IMG/VR virus record: IMGVR_UViG_3300008259_005066
Location: 62,001-126,000 of that record
Length of the DNA: 64,000 nucleotides
Reading direction: 5' to 3' (one strand)
Shown here: piece after piece, positions 47,521 through 57,692 of the stretch
Numbering within the stretch: the first letter of the stretch is position 1
Layout of the letters: each line of letters starts with the position of its first letter
Notes under the pieces: model-generated
The model's database searches: none
What the model saw: the letters and a program-made list of their open reading frames with translations, nothing else
What the model was told of the DNA's origin: nothing
Made by a program: the position numbers and the translations under genes

Positions 47521-49398
47521 TCAGGCTAGATCAGGATTGTTGCGGGCAAAGTTGGCTTGGCTGAAACGCATGCGATCCACGTATTTCATGCCCTGGCCCA
47601 CATAACCTTCGTGTCCGGGCTCGTCGTTGATGGATGCCTGCACATCATGTGCTTGGCTGTCTAACTGTCGCACCACTTGATTCTTCAAGGCGCTGAGATC
47701 CAAGAATGTCTGGAACACAGCGGCCACGCCCTGTTTGTTGAGATTGGCCCACTCAAATATGCGCGGTGCCTTGGCTGGTTCTCGTTCCTGCACCCAGGGA
47801 CCAAATCCCTGTATCAAGTTATCATAACTGCCAGCACGCACACGGGTGTTGATATACTGTTTCATCAACTGTGGTAAGTTGGTGATCTTGCGGGCACGCA
47901 GTTCTGCAGGGTTGAACAGCGCATCTATGGCCGCACCTTTGGATTTCAGTAGATCCTGTGTTTTCTTTACGGTCTTGGCGTCGAGTTTTATTTGCTGTGG
48001 TTCTCGCAGGCTGGGGTCCAAGATCAACAGGCCCGGAACCGGCTTCAGTGCCGCCGCACGTATGGGAGTGGCTGCCGCACCTGGCGCATCTAACTGTGTG
48101 TGGACGACCACTGCGGCATCACTGGCCGCGATCTGGCGACCAAGATCGCTGTCAGCATCCACTGAATATTTCACTGTGTTGGGCTGGAACACCCATTTGC
48201 CATTCTCTTGTTGAGGTTGTGCGCTGTAGAGCAAGTCTCCTTGAACATAGCCTCTGAAATCTGGAGGTGTGGCTGCTCTCAACAACGGAAACAGTTTTTG
48301 ATATAGTCCTATGAGTTCGCCACGCTCGCCGCCTCTGGCAGTCATGATGCGGGCGATCATATCAGGCGAAGTGGCCAGACCATCATAGCCCTTGGCCAGG
48401 AAACCGGCCTTGTCAGTGAGCACAAAATCACCGTTGGATTTGCGACCAAAGATGATAGCGGGTTTGCCATCCCATTTCACAGTGGCAGTGTCTGGTTGCT
48501 GTGCGGTATTTACAATGCCTGTGAGTGCTTGTTGTGCGCCGCGACTGCCCATGTCAAATACCATGTCTTCGGGATGCTCGATGCGCACACCTTCAGCGAT
48601 GATTTGCATGCCCTGATTCACGATCCTGTCGCGCAGGCGAGCCAAGAAATGCACTTCGGCTTCTTCTAAATTTTCATCAAAGGGCTGGCCTTCACGTTCC
48701 ATGTGCGCACGGAAGTCTGCTATCTTGCTGTCTTTGTTTGGATCCATTTTGAGAGCACGCATGATGCTCTCCACGGAATAGAGGTCTTTGGCCGATGCGG
48801 TGGGATTCAGCAACAGTTTGGCCACCGCGTCTGGATCGTCGGTGACAATGTCATTGGTGTTGCGATTTGCGATACCATCATTCTGATTGAGTTTGAAACC
48901 CATGGATTTGGCCATGGAGTTGATCATGATGTTGCGCAGGGCACCTTTGTAGGCACTGGCCGGATCGCTACGCAACACGAACTGATTCCAGCGTGGTTTA
49001 TTTGCGAACATGAAATCGGTCTGCACAAACCCACGACGTGGGTCACCACCAATGGCAGTGAGGAAATGCACAGATATTCCGGACTTCTTGATGTAGCGTT
49101 GTGGATCCACTCCTTGCTGTTTGGCCCAATCTCGCAGTCGATCTATCAATTGTTCTTTGGAGATTTTTGTGGCATCTATCTGCAGATCCAGATCACCTGA
49201 TGATTCCTTGCGACCGGTGGAACCCAACCAGCGTGCCGGTTGTCCATCTATGGAGTCTTTTTCTGTGGTAAAGTCAATGCCAGTGATGGGTTCTAGCCAC
49301 TGCACAGTGGGCATGATGTCGGCTTGCGCTATGCGTTGCGTGATGACCTGTCCTTGATCATCCTTGAATACGTTGCCACCTTCTAGTAATCTCATCAT
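47521..49398 (-). CDS. Fusion of a Pol-beta-type nucleotidyltransferase domain and a ligase-like KxDG domain
   Basis: LGSTG...SGDLD...QTD; TVKWDG.P...QGDLL; ATGA-coupled start 49398. Confidence 0.7.
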   Translation of the reverse strand: MMRLLEGGNVFKDDQGQVITQRIAQADIMPTVQWLEPITGIDFTTEKDSIDGQPARWLGSTGRKESSGDLDLQIDATKISKEQLIDRLRDWAKQQGVDPQRYIKKSGISVHFLTAIGGDPRRGFVQTDFMFANKPRWNQFVLRSDPASAYKGALRNIMINSMAKSMGFKLNQNDGIANRNTNDIVTDDPDAVAKLLLNPTASAKDLYSVESIMRALKMDPNKDSKIADFRAHMEREGQPFDENLEEAEVHFLARLRDRIVNQGMQIIAEGVRIEHPEDMVFDMGSRGAQQALTGIVNTAQQPDTATVKWDGKPAIIFGRKSNGDFVLTDKAGFLAKGYDGLATSPDMIARIMTARGGERGELIGLYQKLFPLLRAATPPDFRGYVQGDLLYSAQPQQENGKWVFQPNTVKYSVDADSDLGRQIAASDAAVVVHTQLDAPGAAATPIRAAALKPVPGLLILDPSLREPQQIKLDAKTVKKTQDLLKSKGAAIDALFNPAELRARKITNLPQLMKQYINTRVRAGSYDNLIQGFGPWVQEREPAKAPRIFEWANLNKQGVAAVFQTFLDLSALKNQVVRQLDSQAHDVQASINDEPGHEGYVGQGMKYVDRMRFSQANFARNNPDLA

Positions 49399-49978
49399 AT
49401 GGCCTGCGAAACTGTGGTGGACTTGATTTTGCCTGCGGCATCCTGTGAAAGACTGTTGTGCAATGGTGTGCCGGCGATGACCTGTTGGCCGCTGGCACTG
49501 GTCCAACGACCATTGGCCCAGGTGTAGATTTCGTCAGGAATCTCGGTAGTTCCTGCCCTGCCGCCACGCACCATCACATTGTATCCGTTAGGTATTTCCG
49601 GAGCCACTGCGGTTTTGCTGACTTTGTAGGCGGGCAAAAAATGCTTGGCCAGATATTCACGCATCTGTTCTATGGCTGGTTGGGTGATATACTTGTCCAT
49701 GTTGCGCTCATCCACAGCGACCTGTCCTTGCATGGCTTGCTCTAACCAGGCAGCCGCTCGTTTTTTGTATTCATCCGCATCCATGACCTGTCCAGCAGTC
49801 TTGCCAGCGTTTATTTTCTTGGCCTGACGCCGGGTATTTTGCCCATGGCGCCTTTGATCGCGGCTCCGGCCTTGCCCATCATGGCCGAACGGCTTTGGGC
49901 CATGCGATCTTGCTCGGCACGCCCAATGGTGGCCAAATCTTGGAAAATACCTTCGTTAGTGACCTGTTTAACTTTCAT
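49395..49978 (-). pseudogene. Hypothetical gene broken by a frameshift/deletion near 49827
   Basis: MKVKQVTNEG...KIPGV switches frame to QAKKINAGK...MDADEY. Confidence 0.6.
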
Positions 49979-50213
49979 CGGTGCGTCTCACGGTCCTCGT
50001 GAATTTTGACGCATCCCGCATGCGTATGGCGTTGAGTAGCTTGCGCTGGAGATTTTCTGCCTGCTCTGGATCATAAGTGGCATCGATCTGCTCCATGAGC
50101 CTGATGGCGCCGGCAATGATGTTTGAAGCACGATTTTCTATCACGTGCCTGCGATCACGCTCGATATACATAGCATCGAGTTCTTCTAATATACTGCGGG
50201 TCTTTTTGTGCAT
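49968..50213 (-). CDS. Hypothetical protein
   Basis: 81-aa ORF, TAAATA upstream. Confidence 0.75.
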   Translation of the reverse strand: MHKKTRSILEELDAMYIERDRRHVIENRASNIIAGAIRLMEQIDATYDPEQAENLQRKLLNAIRMRDASKFTRTVRRTDES

Positions 50214-50267
50214 GATCCGAACCTTTAAATTATTTAGTAGATTTTACGTATCTGTAAATATCCTTAT

Positions 50268-51320
50268 ATGATAAGTCAACGTAAAGTTTCAAGTCACAGC
50301 CAATGGCAACCATTGAAAGAAGTATGGGTAGGTGGCACTTATCCTGCAGATTTTTACCAGCATCTTGGCAACAAATCCCACGATATTTTTGCAAAAATCA
50401 CTGAAATTACCAACAAAGATTTTGACAATCTAACAGACACATTGGAAAAATTAGGTGTCACAGTAGTCAGGCCTCAATTCGATCGTATAGACGACTTTTT
50501 AGACGAACATGATCATTTGCTTAAACCACCGGTAAGTCCATGCGACATAGCACTGACACTAGGAGATACTTTGCATCTCATGCCTCAATACACGTCCGAA
50601 GTAAATCCCTATCAACGTGCTGTAGATGATTATCGCCAAGCAGGACAAAAAATACATGTCATTGACCGTGCTACACCAGAACCATGGGCCTGGATGATTT
50701 TTGCCAGCGTGGTGCGGGCCGGAAAAGATATACTGATAGATTATCAGCCAAATATACCAGAATCAAAAAAATACACGTATCTGGTAGCACAGGAATTAGC
50801 CAAAGATTATAGAGTGCATCTCAGTGGCACTGGAGATCATAACGACGGAGTTTTTTGTCCGATTAGGCCAGGGCATATTTTTACGTCTCATTATAGAAAG
50901 GTCTATGACTCAAGTTTTCCAGGATGGTCTGTGTTCCATCTGCCAGACACCACATATAAAAATCTCCAACACGTTGGTATAGCCGACAAGTGGTATCTAC
51001 CCGGAGTAGACTACGGGCATTTCAACGCAGATATAATGGCCGTGGCAGAACAATGGTTAGGCAATCCGCAAGAAACTGTTTTTGAAGTCAATATGTTGGT
51101 AGTAGACGAAAAAAATATCATATGTGGCGCTTACGATGAAATGGCTTTTCAATATTTTGAATCTCTAGGTATCACTCCGCATTTGGTAGAATTTCAATCT
51201 AGATATTTTTGGGATGCCGGAATACACTGCGTTTGTAGTGATATACATCGATCAGGGGGCCGGGAGGATTATTGGCCTGAGCGCGGGGACAGCGGCATCT
51301 ATTATATAACGGAGTGGTAA
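50268..51320 (+). CDS. Second amidinotransferase-family protein (divergent)
   Basis: SQWQPLKEVWVG, SPCD, HNDG, EVNML, DAGIHCV. Confidence 0.82.
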   Translation: MISQRKVSSHSQWQPLKEVWVGGTYPADFYQHLGNKSHDIFAKITEITNKDFDNLTDTLEKLGVTVVRPQFDRIDDFLDEHDHLLKPPVSPCDIALTLGDTLHLMPQYTSEVNPYQRAVDDYRQAGQKIHVIDRATPEPWAWMIFASVVRAGKDILIDYQPNIPESKKYTYLVAQELAKDYRVHLSGTGDHNDGVFCPIRPGHIFTSHYRKVYDSSFPGWSVFHLPDTTYKNLQHVGIADKWYLPGVDYGHFNADIMAVAEQWLGNPQETVFEVNMLVVDEKNIICGAYDEMAFQYFESLGITPHLVEFQSRYFWDAGIHCVCSDIHRSGGREDYWPERGDSGIYYITEW

Positions 51321-51791
51321 ATGAAAGAACGAATACGTTTTGAATTCGACATAAGATCAGAATTTTGGGATAAATTTCCCATGATAGAAATTTCCGTTGA
51401 TGATCGTATCAAATGCACAAAAACTCTAGATCAAAAGCAATGCAAATTATCCTTTGAGGATGATCTAGAATTTGATCGCCCACACACAGTATCTTTAAAG
51501 AGATTTAACAAAACAGATGATCAATGCGTGATTGATAACAATGGATCTCGGTTCGATCAATATGTTATCTTGAATCAAGTTTGTATTGATGGTATCGATG
51601 TGCAGAATCTCATCTGGCACCGCAGTTGGTTTGAACCTATCTATTCCACAGTATGGAAACAACAACAGATAGATGCTGGAGTTGCGTTGGAAGAAAAAAT
51701 CATCGGAGAAACTTGGTTAAGTCACAATGGGACATGGAAGTTTGAATTTTTCAGTCCTTTTTATAAATTTATTATCTCACAATTTGAGTAA
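51321..51791 (+). CDS. Hypothetical protein
   Basis: 156-aa ORF in operon. Confidence 0.7.
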   Translation: MKERIRFEFDIRSEFWDKFPMIEISVDDRIKCTKTLDQKQCKLSFEDDLEFDRPHTVSLKRFNKTDDQCVIDNNGSRFDQYVILNQVCIDGIDVQNLIWHRSWFEPIYSTVWKQQQIDAGVALEEKIIGETWLSHNGTWKFEFFSPFYKFIISQFE

Positions 51792-51797
51792 ATCATC

Positions 51798-52628
51798 ATG
51801 ACATGGCAATTAACTAAAACAACAAAAACTCTCTTTCCTGTGAAAGATCAAAAAATGATATCATTGCGACAGTCATGGTATCACGATGCTCAAAGACAAA
51901 GCACCTATCAAGACTTTTTCCCGATGGCAAAAGAATGGTTCACATCAACCAAGATCAACGATATACAAGGGTGGGACGCTTTCCCTCATGTGGACGTGAC
52001 CATGGGATGCACACATTATATAGAAAGTTTTGTCCAAAAGCATGGATGGAATGGATTTCAGATACTCAAGAACGAATATGCTTATTATACCCTAATGGGC
52101 AAACATGGAGTAGAAGTCAATGACCTTGAGCCCAACAAGCCATTGATCATCACCATGCCCCATTGGACTTTTTGCGATGTCAGACCGGAGTGGGAGGATG
52201 TTCTAAGAATCTGCGAACAGAGGATGATTGATATCCACATCGATATGGCATGGATTGTCACTGCCAAAGATATCCATCTAGATCTCAATCATCCCTGCAT
52301 CAAAAGCATTGGTGTGAGTCTCAGCAAATTGAGCCTACAATGGAATCGAGTAGGACTACGATTCAGCAGGCAAAAATCCATGGATTCTGTGACAATATTC
52401 AACGACTACTACAAAGATACCAACACAGTGATCACTTCTATCGGTTGCTATTGGATTGATAATTTTGAAAGAGATTATCTATGGAATTCCTATGGCGGTC
52501 AACATCAAGAAATTTGTAGGACTTTAGATATCTTGCCAACAAAAATAATACATGTGGCCAAAGATAAAACAGGACAATCGTTAGGTATCGGTAAGATGCT
52601 TGGAGATGCGACTCCACACAGCGTATAA
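51798..52628 (+). CDS. PLP-dependent fold-type-I-like enzyme (truncated aminotransferase-like)
   Basis: IDMAW, SLSK, RVG motifs. Confidence 0.6.
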   Translation: MTWQLTKTTKTLFPVKDQKMISLRQSWYHDAQRQSTYQDFFPMAKEWFTSTKINDIQGWDAFPHVDVTMGCTHYIESFVQKHGWNGFQILKNEYAYYTLMGKHGVEVNDLEPNKPLIITMPHWTFCDVRPEWEDVLRICEQRMIDIHIDMAWIVTAKDIHLDLNHPCIKSIGVSLSKLSLQWNRVGLRFSRQKSMDSVTIFNDYYKDTNTVITSIGCYWIDNFERDYLWNSYGGQHQEICRTLDILPTKIIHVAKDKTGQSLGIGKMLGDATPHSV

Positions 52629-53189
52629 GATGTAGCGGGTAGTTCCGGCTGAAACTACACTCTCTGACCTATGAGAGATTTTGTCTGTTCTATCATGTTG
52701 GATTAGATACCCTGAGTTGTGCTCACTGGGTATCAGGATCGGAGTGTGTTCCGATCCAAAGATTGTTCCCACCCCAGATGAAGTGTAGAGATATATTTGC
52801 ATGGCAACATCGATGTCAGGATTATCAGTGTGCCAACCAATTTCATATCCCGCTTCATCTTTCCAGAGCGATACTCCCCAGAAATGTTTATAGGGGTCTG
52901 TAAACGTTTCATTGATCAGATCTGTCGCAGAATCAAATATTTCATGCAACTCTTCTATCACTGTATCAAAATCCCAAGTGATTTTTTGTCTAGGAAGAGT
53001 TTCTTGACCTTCCACTGTTTGCCATTTGTCATTGGAAACCGATGAAACATACTGATTGAGTTTTTGTAATATCGCAAGATCTAAGACATCTGTTATCTGA
53101 TACAAATCTGCTATAGGGGTAGACAGTCTGTTGGAGATGCAAGACGCTAGATGTTTCTTGTTGTTCTCGATCAAATCCTGATCTATCAT
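52581..53189 (-). CDS. 2OG-Fe(II) oxygenase-like protein
   Basis: WHTDN, QIYL, NSGY, distal H, R. Confidence 0.72.
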   Translation of the reverse strand: MIDQDLIENNKKHLASCISNRLSTPIADLYQITDVLDLAILQKLNQYVSSVSNDKWQTVEGQETLPRQKITWDFDTVIEELHEIFDSATDLINETFTDPYKHFWGVSLWKDEAGYEIGWHTDNPDIDVAMQIYLYTSSGVGTIFGSEHTPILIPSEHNSGYLIQHDRTDKISHRSESVVSAGTTRYILYAVWSRISKHLTDT

Positions 53190-54583
53190 GACTGTTTGAT
53201 TTGTCCTAATAACTGTTTGAGTTTGTTTGATTGCACATCGGCTGTGACCTTGCCAACATCTTCAGCTGGTTCACTGTTGTCATCCTTCATAGTAGACTTG
53301 GCCTTGATTGATTCGTAGATGTTGGGTTTCTTGACAAATCCAGAACTTTGCTGTTGGTCTTCGCCTAAATCTCTGATACGCAGGCTTTCAATGTCAAACT
53401 CTAAATCTACCTTCTGTCCCACTCCACTCGATGAACGAGTCTTCATCAACTGTATCTGATAGCGACCACGTTCACGCATGGCTCGACTTGTGAAGATACC
53501 AAACACATTATCTGCTGTGTTGATCTTGGAAATACCACCCGATATATGGCTATGATCGAACTCAATCTCTTCCACTGCCGCACGATTCAACTGCGAAGCA
53601 GTGACAAACAATACATTGAGTTCTTTAGCCAAGTTGCGCAGTTCTTCTGAAACATACTTGTCTTTGACGAATAAATCATTGGGGCTAACTTTGGCACTCA
53701 CCGGCATGATCAAGTCTAGATAATCTACGCATAAAAAATCCACACGTTTCTTTGTCTTCACTTGCAGTTCTTTGAGATATGCACGGATATCATTCACTGT
53801 GCTCTGTGCTGGCATGTATTTGATCTGCAAGGCGCCGGCCTTCTTCTGCATCATCTTGACTTTCATTTCCACTGTATCGATATCTCGAAAAATTTCTTTG
53901 CTAGACGTATTGGTCATCATGGAGTCGATGCGCATGGAACAAAGACCTTCTGACAGTTCCAGCGTGATGTAACAACCGTTGAGCCCGGCCTGTGCCCAGT
54001 TCACTGCCAAGTTCTGCATGAACAAACTCTTGCCAGAACCTGAACCTCCTGCGAAAATCTGCAATTCACCTCGGTTGAATCCACCATACAGCAATTTGTC
54101 CAGGGCAGGCCATCCAGTAGAGTTCTGTCCATTATTATTTTTCAAGGCCAGCAGTCTCGATCGCGGATCTTCAAAGTAATCTGTGCCCAGATCCTTGGTC
54201 AATGATATTTGCACGGCATCCTTAATCAACTTCTCCACAGGATCAAAATTGCCCTTTTCCAAAAGGTCCGCCGACTTAAGGATCGCACGTTCCAATTCTT
54301 GTCGACGAGTGAATGATTCAAACTCTTCCATGAACCAGTCGAGATGCCCTTCATTGATATCGGGTATTTCTTGTAGGTCAACATTGGTCACTGCTCGAAC
54401 CTGTTTGCGATCAGGCAAAGTTTTGTGTTGATCACAGTGTTCTCGGATAAACTTCGCGGCACTACGCAGGCTGCGATCAAAGTTTTCTTCATTGAATATG
54501 TTCTGCACTCGCACGTAACTCTGTGCGTCCTGCATCATAAACTCCAGGAACAACTTTTGGACTTCTACGGAATAATCTTTCAT
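53186..54583 (-). CDS. Replicative helicase (DnaB/T4 gp41-like)
   Basis: GGSGSGKS, LELSE, VDYLD, TASQLNR, KTR. Confidence 0.95.
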   Translation of the reverse strand: MKDYSVEVQKLFLEFMMQDAQSYVRVQNIFNEENFDRSLRSAAKFIREHCDQHKTLPDRKQVRAVTNVDLQEIPDINEGHLDWFMEEFESFTRRQELERAILKSADLLEKGNFDPVEKLIKDAVQISLTKDLGTDYFEDPRSRLLALKNNNGQNSTGWPALDKLLYGGFNRGELQIFAGGSGSGKSLFMQNLAVNWAQAGLNGCYITLELSEGLCSMRIDSMMTNTSSKEIFRDIDTVEMKVKMMQKKAGALQIKYMPAQSTVNDIRAYLKELQVKTKKRVDFLCVDYLDLIMPVSAKVSPNDLFVKDKYVSEELRNLAKELNVLFVTASQLNRAAVEEIEFDHSHISGGISKINTADNVFGIFTSRAMRERGRYQIQLMKTRSSSGVGQKVDLEFDIESLRIRDLGEDQQQSSGFVKKPNIYESIKAKSTMKDDNSEPAEDVGKVTADVQSNKLKQLLGQIKQS

Positions 54584-55269
54584 TGGGTTTCTCTCGATGT
54601 ATCTATGTGTTGTTGTATCATGTCAGCGATTTTTCTATGCGTGGCAGCGCCCGGATGATCATCCAACGGTGCATGGTCCAGTTTGAGATCCACGATGCTG
54701 TGCCACGGGTTTACCCATTGTGTCCAGTCTATCAATTCAAGATTATTGCGCAACCGTTCACTGAAATCTCGAGTTTGATCATCATCTAGATCTTGATATA
54801 AGGTCTTGGCATAGTCACTGTGAGATTGATTGGTCAACATGTCTTGGGTCCAAGGAATCATGCCATTGATAAACCATATATCTTTTCCAGCATCATCGGA
54901 CATCTGTTGCAGTATCCTGGTATAGTCTATCAATGACATTATATTACTATAATCGTGATTAAGCAATTGATATTGGGCCACAAACTTTTTATCTATTAGA
55001 TTGCTATCAGTGTCGGCACCGATATAAAATCCCTGGTTGGCGCTGGGGTAAACCCAGTGTCTGTGCAAAGCACTCCATTGCACAAAATATCGATCATGTC
55101 GACGATCCAATAAAGCCTTGGCTGCTCGGGTAAAAATTTTTAGATTGCTGGATCCACCTTCGGCATCGTTGTCTGCATGGCCAATGAGATTGGGATAGAT
55201 CCTGGGATCATTTTGTTGGCTCTCGAAACCTGCACCCATGGTGATGCTACAGCCGCCAAAATAATTCAT
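54580..55269 (-). CDS. SGNH-like hydrolase
   Basis: GGCSIT.G, GGSSN, DDHPG. Confidence 0.7.
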   Translation of the reverse strand: MNYFGGCSITMGAGFESQQNDPRIYPNLIGHADNDAEGGSSNLKIFTRAAKALLDRRHDRYFVQWSALHRHWVYPSANQGFYIGADTDSNLIDKKFVAQYQLLNHDYSNIMSLIDYTRILQQMSDDAGKDIWFINGMIPWTQDMLTNQSHSDYAKTLYQDLDDDQTRDFSERLRNNLELIDWTQWVNPWHSIVDLKLDHAPLDDHPGAATHRKIADMIQQHIDTSRETQ

Positions 55270-55973
55270 AGCCATCCTAACTCCTGCATGCGAGGACACA
55301 ATACTTTTTCATACCAATGATGATTGCCCGCAGATCCATAGTGACCGTGCCATCCGTGAGTATCAAAGTCCACGGGACGATGGACATTTTTGTTAGTGCT
55401 GAAGTAGGTATCTTCAAACAGGATACTGTGCGGATCTGCTAAAAATCTTCTCTGTATACTGGCCAGTGTTGGCCACTCGGTCTTGGGCTGGAATGGTTCG
55501 GCGAGATTCACGATGAGATAATTGCTAGTCCATCCTTGGATATATCTAGTCAATAAAAATAATTCTCTAAGAGCCTGTGCTTCTTGCCAACTACGATTCC
55601 ATGACATTACATAGCCTTGGCCCAGCTGATGAGTAGTGACTTGCCTGAGCCCATCATGTTCTCGTAAGCATGGTTGATCTATGGGTTCTAGATTGCCAAA
55701 AAATCTATGATAACTAGGAGCCATACCATCATAATCATACACAGTAAATCTCTCGATAGGGGGCACACCCACTATTACATAATCGTTAGGACTAAATCCA
55801 GAACCAGCCACTATGAGATGTGATATGCTATCTACGTTGTTTCCTGGCCAACTGTAGTTTTCTACACTATCAACTTGCAAGGCAGCAGCCATTAAGCCCC
55901 ACCAAGAATCCTTGACATCTACACAGAATCCTGGTGTGCTATAACTGTCGCCATACACGATCAATCTAGACAT
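55266..55973 (-). CDS. SGNH-like hydrolase
   Basis: YGDSYS, NYSWPGNN, HGHY. Confidence 0.7.
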   Translation of the reverse strand: MSRLIVYGDSYSTPGFCVDVKDSWWGLMAAALQVDSVENYSWPGNNVDSISHLIVAGSGFSPNDYVIVGVPPIERFTVYDYDGMAPSYHRFFGNLEPIDQPCLREHDGLRQVTTHQLGQGYVMSWNRSWQEAQALRELFLLTRYIQGWTSNYLIVNLAEPFQPKTEWPTLASIQRRFLADPHSILFEDTYFSTNKNVHRPVDFDTHGWHGHYGSAGNHHWYEKVLCPRMQELGWL

Positions 55974-56955
55974 GGAGTTTCCTCATGAGATTCTTCCGAG
56001 CCATTTCAATTTTTATTTTACTGGTGCATCGATGCTGGAAAATATTCAACAGCGTGGCCAATCGTCCTTGGCGTATCACTGCATCGTTAACGTCCTTGAC
56101 ATCCGCTGGCCAGTCTGGTATGCTCACTGCCCAACCCAGTTCTATAGCACAATCTATCAACTTGAGACCGGCCTTGTCTTGATCGGGCACCACTGTGACT
56201 TCTCGACCAATACTGCGTATCAGTCTCGCTTGGGTATCATTGATTTCAGCATGCAATACTGCCAATCCACCGATGCTGAGAGCATCAAATATGCCTTCCA
56301 CCACGATCACATGCTGCCAATCTGGTCGCTGTAGATCTGTGCCAAACACATAGCCCTGTTGCATGTCGTGGACGTAGCGAGGATTATGATCATCAAAAAA
56401 TCTACGTGTGTGTCCTACTATGCGTCCATCATAGGTAAACGGTATGATCACACCTTGCCTACGACTGAATTTGTCATCAGGCCGGCCATGGATCATACCT
56501 ATGGGATAATCCTCGGGCACACAACGATCTCTGAGATACTGCCAATGCACTGACATGTCGCGATCCACCAATGCGAATTCTTCCGGCAGTTCTCGATCTT
56601 CAAACTCGATGCCCTGCACCACATTGGCAGTGCGCTGTCGATCATCCAGTATGCCTTGGATGTTTCGATGTTTGAGGCTTTCGAGATTTATATATTCTAT
56701 TTCTTGTTGTGGAACATTAAGCCATTGCAACAGTCTGCGAGCCTTGAATGAAAGATTGCGACCCAGGATGAAGCTGGCAGTGAATCCGCAATTGAAACAG
56801 TGGAAACTCCAACCTTGGTCAGTGGCCTTGATTCCACCGCGCTGTCGTCGATCCTGGCTTTCACCATTGTGAACACAACACGGAGCATTGAATGAAATCC
56901 AGCCAGAACTTGTGCTTTTGCGTTTGGCTGGTAGATAAGAAAATATGTCGATCAC
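55966..56955 (-). CDS. DNA primase (zinc finger + TOPRIM)
   Basis: CCVH...CFNC, VEGIFDA, PDQDKAG, KDVND. Confidence 0.92.
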   Translation of the reverse strand: MIDIFSYLPAKRKSTSSGWISFNAPCCVHNGESQDRRQRGGIKATDQGWSFHCFNCGFTASFILGRNLSFKARRLLQWLNVPQQEIEYINLESLKHRNIQGILDDRQRTANVVQGIEFEDRELPEEFALVDRDMSVHWQYLRDRCVPEDYPIGMIHGRPDDKFSRRQGVIIPFTYDGRIVGHTRRFFDDHNPRYVHDMQQGYVFGTDLQRPDWQHVIVVEGIFDALSIGGLAVLHAEINDTQARLIRSIGREVTVVPDQDKAGLKLIDCAIELGWAVSIPDWPADVKDVNDAVIRQGRLATLLNIFQHRCTSKIKIEMARKNLMRKLHV

Positions 56956-57692
56956 TCTAACATTTTACTATGTTTTATGTGTTCGATCAAGTGGTCTGCA
57001 ATGATTTTATGACCCAATTCATTGGGATGTCCGCCGCGAGCAAACGGTTCTATGCCCAATTCTTTCTTTTTGTTGTATAATATTTCTTTGAAACTCAGTC
57101 CTGGATAGATCAGACTGGGCACTCGTAGAGAATAAGGATTGGGCAATGCGCTGACCTGTATTATCGGAATGCCATACCTGCTCTCGGCCTGATCAAATAG
57201 ATTGATGGATGTTTGGAAATTGTATTCTGCCCATTCTCTATGATAACTCATGCCCAGCCATAATCGTTGCAAAGAGAACCAGTTGTCATCTATGTCGGGG
57301 TTGGGTTGGAGCAACCAAGTTCCGTGCATGTGTCGATTCCATTGCGGATCCTTCATGCTAATTTGATGCTGTGGGTTAAACCAGCTTTGCCGTGTGCTAT
57401 CAGTGTGTGCCACGATAAACAGAACATCGTCGGTGCTCTGACCGTTGCGCAGATACCACATGAAGTTCCAGCGCATGCTTTCAAGGCTGGATCCCGGAAA
57501 AGCCATGTTGTCTAGTTCAAGATCAAATTCTTTGGCAATACGACCCGCAAAGCCATTGGCCAGCCTGTAAGGACGATTTTGATCGTAGTGATCTCGGAAT
57601 GCTTCTTCAGACAAGTCTCGGAATTCAGGAGCGATGAGTTCATCGCCATAGGTCCAACTACAGCCAAATGCCACTAACTTCCTAATCTTCAT
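56952..57692 (-). CDS. SGNH-like hydrolase
   Basis: FGCSWTYG, NMAFPGSS, GGHPNELGH. Confidence 0.75.
   Translation of the reverse strand: MKIRKLVAFGCSWTYGDELIAPEFRDLSEEAFRDHYDQNRPYRLANGFAGRIAKEFDLELDNMAFPGSSLESMRWNFMWYLRNGQSTDDVLFIVAHTDSTRQSWFNPQHQISMKDPQWNRHMHGTWLLQPNPDIDDNWFSLQRLWLGMSYHREWAEYNFQTSINLFDQAESRYGIPIIQVSALPNPYSLRVPSLIYPGLSFKEILYNKKKELGIEPFARGGHPNELGHKIIADHLIEHIKHSKMLE
56962..56990 (-). promoter_or_regulatory. sigma70 promoter giving a leaderless primase mRNA
   Basis: TTGATC-N17-TAAAAT, 6 nt before GTG 56955. Confidence 0.55.

Noticed and set aside
47521-49398. CBASS CD-NTase defence operon
   Set aside because: No adjacent effector or Cap2/Cap3 genes; only the general Pol-beta motif is supported
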